Of a DNA stretch of 9,221 bases, positions 1-7,185 are shown piece after piece; the first letter of the stretch is position 1; each line of letters starts with the position of its first letter. Under the pieces are notes generated by a model. The model saw only the letters and a program-made list of their open reading frames with translations, searched no databases and was not told where the DNA came from. The position numbers were made by a program, and so were the translations under genes. Origin of the DNA: Amoeboradix gromovi X-113 (lineage: Eukaryota; Fungi; Sanchytriomycota); NCBI GenBank assembly GCA_018985225.1, contig JADGIF010000406.1:1-9221 (forward strand), in the 5' to 3' direction.

Positions 1-825
1 GATGTCGCGATTCCACAGTTGACTAGAGTAATCCTCGTTCACGTCACCTACTTCCACACCTCTTCTTCTTAGTGTTGTTCGTACACCTTTCACTGGTCCC
101 GGACAGTGTCCCTTGCTACTGCTCGAAAAAATGCCTGCTCCAAATGCTACTACCACTTCTCGCTCATCGTCTTCATTCAAAAGCTGACAAATGCGTTGGC
201 AAATGTCGCGCATCACCTTCTGCTTTCTTCCAAACTGTGTGAATTTGAGACACCTCACTCTGTTCCTGAAGTTATGAGCCAGTACTGCATCAATGATCTT
301 GAACAGTGCAGTGATGTGCAACACCATTTGATCGATGCTGGCTGTCTTTGCACTTGGCAAAACTGTCAGTCTGTCTTGTAGATCATTGTCTTTCTCCAGC
401 CAGATGCGTCTCTTATTGGAAGCTCGTGCCGAACCAACATTCTCTCGGTACTCAGCATTGCTATAGTGAGACTCGTACTGCTGCCCTTCTTCAGTGTGGC
501 TGACACATGTTGCCAAGTCGATACGGCCAGGATCCACTACTATCACTCTCTTGTTGACCAGTGAGATGGTGTTTGCGTCTCCAGACACTGTCCCGACCTT
601 CACCTTGCTGACAACTACCCGTTTCAAGACACCTTGTAGAGTGGTAGTGCTGATCATGATGTAGTGTGCTTGCAGACTGCAGAGAGGGAGCATGCTGAAC
701 CATCTTCTTGCTGTGTCTTCTTCCCCCTCAATCTGCTGAATACGGTACAACCATCTCAGGTAGAGCCACCATATTTTAGCGAGGAACAAGTACTTACATG
801 CATCGCTATTCAATCCCTCCTCAGG
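1..825 (-). CDS. Fanzor1-like (TnpB/OMEGA family) RNA-guided RuvC nuclease; 3'-partial, internally shortened, possibly a pseudogene
   Basis: Manual translation gives 275 stop-free codons from 825 to the window edge (upstream in-frame TAG at 826-828; first ATG at 691-693). It reads ...RRWFSMLPLCSLQAHYIMISTTTL...KRVIVVDPGRIDLATCV (RuvC-I Asp at 532-534)...YSNAEYRENVG...LPSAKTAS...RCLKFTQFGRKQKVM...EVVVAFGAGIFSSSSKGHCPGPVKGVRTTLRRRGVEVGDVNEDYSSQL (Gly at the canonical RuvC-II site, shifted Glu at 34-36, as in Fanzor1) WNRDI (RuvC-III Asp at 4-6). Sampled lines are about 50-55% GC (1-60: 30/60; 481-540: 33/60), higher than the host genes. Confidence 0.88.
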
Positions 826-935
826 CTAATGGAAGCTTGAGCAACCACTTTGACGCAGTGATTGGCTTTGTCAGTTTCTCTGCGGAAGTATTGAGTTTCT
901 TGTAAATCAGGAGATTCGCAGGAGTGAGGAAGGAG

Positions 936-3326
936 ATGATTGTTCCAATTTATGAAGGCTCAAGTGAATTTACTGGTATGCCCTCGTTTTGTATTCAATC
1001 TATTGACCAGAACAGCAGGTATCTACTCAAAAATTTGTATTCCAAAATTTTTACATTTTCAGATGATATTACTTTATTGGACCAGGGTGTGGATTTTCTC
1101 ATTACTTCTAATGTTAAAGTACCTGAAAGAACCTCTTATTACTCAAACGAATTAATAGACACGGATTGCAAATCATTGTTTATTCAGTGGAAGGATTCAT
1201 TTGAGTCGTTTTTACATATTGCTACAAAGAAGCCGTTCCACATTTTAATTCAGTTTAAATTTGACCCTTCTCCTACGCAAGTGGGACAACTTCACAGGTT
1301 GGGCATTGACTGTCTATTCAAAATAAGTTCTTCTAGCATGCCATACTGTAAAAGTATATATAACGTGGGTGATTATATATCTTTTTGCTTGACATCTGAT
1401 CGGCAGGACAACTTATACTCTACTATAGTCAGTGATTTACACGGCAAAACACTTGGATTGGCTTATTCTAACGCTGAAAGTATTAACGAAAGCATTCGAC
1501 TAGGTGAAGGCGTATATTATTCCAGAAAACGAGGATTGTGGCACAAAGGCAATTCCAGTGGTAACACCCAAGTTCTTATGAAGCTGTCCATTGATTGTGA
1601 TAACGACACTTTGCAATTTATAGTTGAACAAAAAGGAACAGGATTTTGCCATCTAGACACATTTAGCTGCTTTGGTGATGATTTTGGCCTAACGAAACTA
1701 GAGAGCACTATTAATGCGAGACTAAATGATACAGTTGATGGCTCATACACTTCTAAATTGTTAAACAATAAAAGACTACTTGATAGTAAAATAAAGGAAG
1801 AAGCAGCTGAGCTTACTGATGCATATACCCCCGAAGATATAGCATGGGAAGCAGCAGACTTAATATACTTTGCACTAGTTAAATGTGCTAAATATGGAGT
1901 GACACTTCTTGATATTGAAAAGAATCTGCATATCAAATCTAAAAAGGTTACGAGAAGACCGGGATTAGCCAAGCCTGTTGAAGCGCCGCATCAATTAGAC
2001 ATTATCGGAAACGAATATAAAATGCAGTATCATTTGTTTCAATCATTCAGTGATGACTTATACTTAAAATCGTTGAAGCGTGCTACGATTCCAGATGTAT
2101 CGGATAAAGTCATTCCAATTATTAATGCTGTGAAATCTGATGGGGATGCAGCACTGATACGACTTACAATGGAGTTTGACGGTGTATATGTAGACCAAAC
2201 AGTCTTAAAGGCACCATTTGATGAGGCGTTTATTGAGGCAGTGCCTAAAGACACTAGAGAAGCGATAGATATAGCCTACAATAACATTAAGAAGTTCCAT
2301 GACGCTCAACTGCACAATGATATTGCGGTAGAAACAATGACCGGTGTGTTTTGCAGTAGAACAGCAGTGGGGATAGAAAAGGTAGGATTGTACATACCTG
2401 GTGGATCAGCAGTGTTACCATCTACGGCTTTAATGCTAGGAGTACCAGCTCAGAGTGCCAAATGTTCTACAATTGTATTTGCTACTCCACCATGTAAATC
2501 GGGAGAATTTCAGGGTAAACCAAGTCCAGAAATAGTATATGTCGCTAAAAAAGTAGGTGCTACTCATATATTAGTTAGTGGTGGTGCTCAAGCAATTAGT
2601 GCACTGGCATATGGTACGGAAACATGTCCAAAAGTATTTAAAATATGTGGGCCAGGTAATCAATGGGTTACAGCCGCTAAATGTATTGTACAATCTGACT
2701 TAAGTGCATGCGTATCTATCGATATGCCGGCGGGACCTTCTGAATTGATGGTTGTTTGTGACACTAACGCAAAAATGGCGTTTGTAGCATCTGATTTGCT
2801 ATCACAAGCGGAACATGGAGCAGACTCTCAAGTCTTGTGCATAGGAATAGGTTTAAGTGATTTAAACGTCAAGGAGCTAATAGCCGAAATCGAAGAGCAA
2901 GCAACGGTACTGCCAAGAAGTAGCACAATTAAGAAATCTCTGTTACACTCTACACTGTTAATAGTTCAAGACGAAGTAACAGCATTAAAGATAGCTAATG
3001 AATACGCACCTGAGCATCTGATACTACAAATTGATAATTGCAATGAATTTTCAAAACTAGTGAAAAATGCTGGGTCAGTTTTTATTGGACCATGGACACC
3101 CGAAAGTTGTGGGGATTATGCATCGGGAACTAATCACACTCTGCCTACCCACGGTTTTGCTAAAATGTATGGTGGTGTATCTACTAACACTTTTATAAAA
3201 TATATCACTTTTCAAGAGATTACAAAACAAGGTCTAGAGACTATTGGGCCCACAGTCATGACCTTGGCAAATGTTGAAGAACTAAAGGCACATCATAACG
3301 CAGTTTCAATCAGATTAAATAAATGA
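936..3326 (+). CDS. HIS4: Trifunctional histidine biosynthesis protein (PRA-CH / PRA-PH / histidinol dehydrogenase), 796 aa, intronless
   Basis: HisI motifs YYSRKRGLWHKG..SGN, DCDND, FCH...SCF; HisE motifs SYT..L, KIKEEA.EL, WEAADL.YF; HisD motifs GLYIPGG..PST, GPGNQWV, IDMPAGPSE, DLLSQAEH, YAPEHL, GDYASGTNHTLPT. Domain order is the fungal one. First in-frame ATG is at 936 (MIVPI..); the ORF-track start at 924 is a GTG. Confidence 0.97.
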   Translation: MIVPIYEGSSEFTGMPSFCIQSIDQNSRYLLKNLYSKIFTFSDDITLLDQGVDFLITSNVKVPERTSYYSNELIDTDCKSLFIQWKDSFESFLHIATKKPFHILIQFKFDPSPTQVGQLHRLGIDCLFKISSSSMPYCKSIYNVGDYISFCLTSDRQDNLYSTIVSDLHGKTLGLAYSNAESINESIRLGEGVYYSRKRGLWHKGNSSGNTQVLMKLSIDCDNDTLQFIVEQKGTGFCHLDTFSCFGDDFGLTKLESTINARLNDTVDGSYTSKLLNNKRLLDSKIKEEAAELTDAYTPEDIAWEAADLIYFALVKCAKYGVTLLDIEKNLHIKSKKVTRRPGLAKPVEAPHQLDIIGNEYKMQYHLFQSFSDDLYLKSLKRATIPDVSDKVIPIINAVKSDGDAALIRLTMEFDGVYVDQTVLKAPFDEAFIEAVPKDTREAIDIAYNNIKKFHDAQLHNDIAVETMTGVFCSRTAVGIEKVGLYIPGGSAVLPSTALMLGVPAQSAKCSTIVFATPPCKSGEFQGKPSPEIVYVAKKVGATHILVSGGAQAISALAYGTETCPKVFKICGPGNQWVTAAKCIVQSDLSACVSIDMPAGPSELMVVCDTNAKMAFVASDLLSQAEHGADSQVLCIGIGLSDLNVKELIAEIEEQATVLPRSSTIKKSLLHSTLLIVQDEVTALKIANEYAPEHLILQIDNCNEFSKLVKNAGSVFIGPWTPESCGDYASGTNHTLPTHGFAKMYGGVSTNTFIKYITFQEITKQGLETIGPTVMTLANVEELKAHHNAVSIRLNK

Positions 3327-3334
3327 GGTGTTTA

Positions 3335-3919
3335 TTAAAAGTTGTTCAATACCATCTTTTGAACGATGTTTGATTCCTGGGTCATCATTTTAAACTCCTG
3401 AAATGATATTTTACCATCCTTATCTTTGTCACTTTCTAATATAGTTTTGTCAACAATTTGCTGTAGTTGTTCTGGATTTAAATTGCTGCCAACCATCATC
3501 TTCAGGACGGCAAACAACTCAGTGTTGGAAATGAAGCCATCCTTGTCGATATCGTAAACTTGAAATAAAAATTTTAATTTGTCGTCTTTCTTACCAAAAG
3601 CGCTAAAAACATTTAAACCGCGAACGAACTCCTGAAAGTCAACATCTCCGTTTCCATCCGAGTCAAATATCTCGATAAGACGAGATGCCAAAGGATTAGA
3701 CTTGATAGCAGCGATGGATTCAAACTCGCTTTTTTCTATCTGACCGTTTCCATTTTGATCCAATTTTTGAAATCTTTTGTATAGTCTTTGAATTTCATCC
3801 TCTGTGAAATAAGAGTCAATCTTCTCACCATGATACTGGTTTGCTCCTTTCTTAGGCTTTGAAATTGATATACTGATGTCGACTGCAGCATTTGTCTCTG
3901 ATCCCTGTTCTTGGTCCAT
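3335..3919 (-). CDS. CNB1: Calcineurin regulatory subunit B (4 EF-hands)
   Basis: [32 protein letters not shown]-hands [48 protein letters not shown], and LKMMVGSNL...[10 protein letters not shown]. First in-frame ATG is at 3919; the start is uncertain. Confidence 0.95.
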   Translation of the reverse strand: MDQEQGSETNAAVDISISISKPKKGANQYHGEKIDSYFTEDEIQRLYKRFQKLDQNGNGQIEKSEFESIAAIKSNPLASRLIEIFDSDGNGDVDFQEFVRGLNVFSAFGKKDDKLKFLFQVYDIDKDGFISNTELFAVLKMMVGSNLNPEQLQQIVDKTILESDKDKDGKISFQEFKMMTQESNIVQKMVLNNF

Positions 3920-3962
3920 TCCCTTCCAAATTGACGAAACACGGGAATGCACAAAACTATAT

Positions 3963-4535
3963 GGGACACCAAATATAAAAAACTAGACTAACTCGTTTTT
4001 AAAGGTACACCATACTGAGGAAATGCTATTATTAATAAAAGTCCTTCTTCTATTATACCAATTTTCTTTCATTGATTGTATTCCTCTTTTCATAATAGAA
4101 GTAGAAGACCCTGCATCTCGTTCAAATGTATGAGGCCTTTGAGCATCTAAGCAAAAGGTGCATTTTCTTAGACGGTACTCTTTTCTAGAGTCATTTTGTA
4201 ATGTTGTACTAACATCATTACTCTTATCTATTTCTTTGAAGTGTAATCTATGGACAGTCTCCCTGACTCTTGTCTTGCCGAATTTCAATTTCGTTTTAAC
4301 TGTTCCAACAACTTAGTACTATGAATTAGTACTATGAATCAGAGGTTTATTTAAAATAAAGATTTGATGAAAGAGTAAGAGAATGGCTGTACAGAATATT
4401 TATTTTCCTTTTATACTCGTCAACTCCGCAACTAGCTCAATGTCCACTCGCCTCTTAAATCCATAAAATTAATAAAGCCGAAATAATGTTCCAAGTGTTA
4501 CAGAAAGTTAGTCCAGTTTTTATATTTGATATCCC
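3963..4535. mobile_element. Non-autonomous TIR DNA transposon (573 bp) with GGG...CCC termini and a possible transposase remnant
   Basis: Left TIR 3963-3993 GGGACACCAAATATAAAAAACTAGACTAACT vs reverse complement of right TIR 4506-4535 GGGATATCAAATATAAAAACTGGACTAACT (3 substitutions, 1 indel). A second copy lies at 9110-9221. Internal minus-strand frame 3983-4288 has KTRVRETVHRLHFK, which resembles a transposase HTH segment. Flanks are TAT / AAT, so no clean TSD. Confidence 0.85.
4313..4338. repeat. Perfect 13-bp tandem duplication (TTAGTACTATGAA x2)
   Basis: Directly visible at 4313-4325 and 4326-4338, inside the TIR element. Confidence 0.9.
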
Positions 4536-4867
4536 AATTGTAAAAATCAACTTGTCTGCTTTTTACAACGGAAATTAGGTTTAACTATTTTTGTAACCAG
4601 TATAGTGTTCCAGATGCTTAAAACATAGCTGTTACATCTAATCCAACTTCCCTAATAACGTTCCCGACTTTTAAAAAAACAAAATTTTCACAAAAAAAGT
4701 CTGAAGATTTAATGCAGTCAAAAAAGTCAAAAAAGAGAGTGCATCGGAGCCATATTGCTCATGTAATCGTGATAAACGGTTTAATCTATAGCTGCCTGAA
4801 AGTGTTTCAAAACTTAAACCTGAAAATCTCTTCTTCTCCTAAAAACAAATCAAATCTACAATTTGGA

Positions 4868-5404
4868 ATGTCTGTTCACGTACCCAGCATAGAGACTGCT
4901 ATTTATTTGTTGGAGAGGGCAAAACATGACAATGACAAGCAGTTGCTATTAAGTGCCTTAGATGCAATTGTTATTGCTTTACCTGAATTAGATGTTGCAG
5001 AGCAGTTACTAATTAAAGAAAAGCTTGTTCACTATTATGAACTTACTCAGCCAGTTGAGGAAGTGAACAGGTTAACCGGGTTTATGACTAGTTTCGCAGT
5101 TATGATAAAGCAATCCCCAATACCATCGCTACTGAATAGTGCTGCTCAAGCGTTGAGAGATATTTTGTTTCGATTGGATAATACCTATCACTTGCAACAA
5201 CATGGAATCTTATTTGTTAGACAAGTGATTAAAAAGTTTGTAAACTTGATGTGGAGACTAGAAACTGAATTTAAATTAAGTGAGAAAATGGTAAATGTCG
5301 CCAAGCAAGGATCTGTTTTGGTGGGCAAGACTGTGGTTGCTTATCATAGTGCTGAAAACTATGAGGTCCGAAAGCGAAAAGCTAAGCGAAGTGTCTCACT
5401 GTAG
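4868..5404 (+). CDS. Hypothetical, probably alpha-helical protein (178 aa from ATG 4868)
   Basis: Long ORF with amphipathic helical character and a basic C-terminus (RKRKAKR). The upstream in-frame part from 4712 is A-rich and looks non-coding, so ATG 4868 is preferred. No family recognised. Confidence 0.7.
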   Translation: MSVHVPSIETAIYLLERAKHDNDKQLLLSALDAIVIALPELDVAEQLLIKEKLVHYYELTQPVEEVNRLTGFMTSFAVMIKQSPIPSLLNSAAQALRDILFRLDNTYHLQQHGILFVRQVIKKFVNLMWRLETEFKLSEKMVNVAKQGSVLVGKTVVAYHSAENYEVRKRKAKRSVSL

Positions 5405-5438
5405 TAAATTCTTTTGCAGCACTTTTATTTATTTTTTA

Positions 5439-5653
5439 CACCGTTGAAGATTTCAAATCTTTCAATGATTTGGCATCTACCTCTCCAACCTTGGACCCTG
5501 CTCATATTTGTGTAAAGTAAGCGGACCAGGTCAAAGACCACGACGCGGTGAGCAAGCATTACTCCCCATCCGTGCCTTACAGCAGTCTTCTGAGCGATTG
5601 GACATTTTCTAAGTCCAGAGAAAAATAGTTGAGATTCTAAATCTTCAATGGTT
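5439..5653. mobile_element. MITE-like element (215 bp) with TA flanks, Tc1/mariner-like
   Basis: Left 5439-5460 CACCGTTGAAGATTTCAAATCT vs reverse complement of 5632-5653 AACCATTGAAGATTTAGAATCT (18/22 identical). TA at 5437-5438 and 5654-5655. The interior is GC-richer than the flanks. Confidence 0.65.
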
Positions 5654-5680
5654 TAAAGCGGAATAGACCCCAAACCCCTA

Positions 5681-6160
5681 ATGTCAAAAATTTATGATTT
5701 CGAAGCCACAAGTATTGATGGTAATGTGATAAAATTGAAAGAGTACGCAGGAAAAACTTTGCTGATTGTCAATACTGCTTCTGCGTGCGGTTTTACTGTT
5801 CAATACGATGGTTTAGAGAAGCTTTACGAGAGACACAAAGATGAAGGGTTAGTAGTTCTAGGATTTCCTTGCAACCAATTTGCCAACCAGGAATCAGGAA
5901 CTTCAAGTGAAATTAGCTCATTCTGCAGAAAGAATTTTGGAGTCACTTTTCCAATTTTTTCAAAAGTTAATGTGAACGGTAGTGATGCTCACCCTTTATT
6001 TGAGTATTTAAAGAAAGAGAAGACCGGTGTTTTAGGCACTAAATCTATAAAATGGAACTTTACTAAATTTCTTATTGACAAAAATGGAAAAGTTTTGAGA
6101 AGATATTCACCCAGGGATGATCCGCTATCTTTCGAGAAAGATATAGAAGCAGTACTATAG
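5681..6160 (+). CDS. GPX: Cys-type glutathione peroxidase (thioredoxin-dependent GPx family), 159 aa
   Basis: Signature motifs VNTASACGFT, LGFPCNQF, FC..NFGVTFP and IKWNFTKFL. Confidence 0.96.
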   Translation: MSKIYDFEATSIDGNVIKLKEYAGKTLLIVNTASACGFTVQYDGLEKLYERHKDEGLVVLGFPCNQFANQESGTSSEISSFCRKNFGVTFPIFSKVNVNGSDAHPLFEYLKKEKTGVLGTKSIKWNFTKFLIDKNGKVLRRYSPRDDPLSFEKDIEAVL

Positions 6161-6314
6161 CTGAGTAAACTTTCTATCATTATCACATGATTTTATTGTT
6201 CCAGTGTATTCTCTTCCTAGACTTTTCTAGCTGTTTAAAATTCTATATTAGCCCTATCAGAGAAGATATATAGATAGACTAATATTACTACTTTCTCTTT
6301 GAAAACTCTTAATT

Positions 6315-6430
6315 GCCTGGTAAATCGGGACTTCCAGTGGGGGTACCTCATAAATTTAATGAGATGCTATACATTCTCGGACCCAATTTCAGAAAATCTC
6401 CCAAACTGGAAGTCGGAGGACCACCTGGAA
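6315..6430 (-). ncRNA. Candidate omegaRNA scaffold (structured RNA at the 3' end of a Fanzor/TnpB remnant)
   Basis: Perfect 10-bp inverted repeat GACTTCCAGT (6329-6338) / ACTGGAAGTC (6405-6414). It encloses a GGGUCC/GGUACCC inner stem and two alternative hairpins (GAGAAUG..CAUCUC, CUCAU..AUGAG). It lies just downstream of the RuvC-III-like motif on the same strand. Confidence 0.4.
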
Positions 6431-6456
6431 AGATGTGCCAATCTCTCAAAATACCA

Positions 6457-6846
6457 TTAAGATTTTCTCAATATGAATAGTGCACTGGCATTGTCTCTTT
6501 CAAAATAGCTTGGCTGATTAGCACTTGAGCATATGTTGCAATATCCCCAACAATAACCATTTTCGTGTTCTGTATTAATGTTTGTAATGTTCTTTCTAGT
6601 AGTTGAGTATTATCGGGGGATTTCCGTTTCTTGGTTGTGTTTGCATAATTAATTAATGATAATGGGTAATATTGTTTTCCAAGGTGTTACTCCTACTTGA
6701 AAATGAGGATATTTTGTCGGAATGGGCCTCATATTCCAAAATAACCTTTCAGAATTATGTGGCTTACTGTTGCTTTTAGACCTAGATTTGGGATTTAAAA
6801 TGAAATACAAAGATTGCTCTAGAAATCCACGTGTTAAAGTAGACAA
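6457..6846 (-). pseudogene. Decayed Fanzor/TnpB-like nuclease remnant
   Basis: 6609->6460 translates as YSTTRKNITNINTEHENGYCWGYCNICSSANQPSYFERDNASALFILRKS*: a CxxC (6538-6540, 6529-6531) followed by an RD..SA..IL RuvC-III-like motif (Asp at 6493-6495). Upstream fragment RLFWNMRPIPTKYPHF loosely parallels RWFSMLPLCSLQAHY in the first Fanzor. Stops and a missing RuvC-I motif indicate decay. Confidence 0.55.
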
Positions 6847-7185
6847 AATATCTTATATTAAAGACAATCCGACTCTAGTGCATCTTTTAAATGGTGATAT
6901 GGCGGTTCAGCATCCTATAATATACAGCATTATGACTCCAGTTATTGATGCGGAAAAGAAAACAAAGTGGAAACGGCGAAAGGTTAAAGTTTCAAGTAAT
7001 AATATTTTGAAATCTTGAATAGTAGGCAACAAACAATAAACGCTTCATTCTGTTTAATTATAAACTACGAGTTAGAACCGTTCGATTAAGTCTTAATTCC
7101 TGGAGAAAATGTATTAGTTATTTGGATAAAGCATTTTATTTGAAATATAGACTGCCGAAATCATAAACTTATTTACTTGCTGCAT

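Noticed and set aside
106-703. ORF-track entries 106-381 (+) and 491-703 (-)
   Set aside because: They are antisense or off-frame shadows of the Fanzor frame and have no motifs.
918-938. AGGAG Shine-Dalgarno-like runs before HIS4 and the GTG start at 924
   Set aside because: The context is eukaryotic (calcineurin B, C2H2 protein, spliceosomal intron), so ATG 936 is preferred.
940-2254. Small ORFs 940-1155, 1517-1972 and 2039-2254
   Set aside because: They are shadows inside HIS4. The same applies to 3736-3972, 5989-6186, 7351-7590, 7659-7922 and 8351-8545, which overlap other real genes.
3802-3828. Intron-like GTGAG...CACAG (27 nt, minus strand) in CNB1
   Set aside because: It is in frame and stop-free, and removing it would delete the conserved Phe before (T/D)xxEI.
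4538-4568. 9-bp inverted repeat TTGTAAAAA / TTTTTACAA
   Set aside because: Low-complexity AT-rich sequence, plausibly chance.
5588-5640. Hammerhead-like CTGAGCGA-stem-GAAA
   Set aside because: The core has extra bases, and stems I and III cannot be formed.
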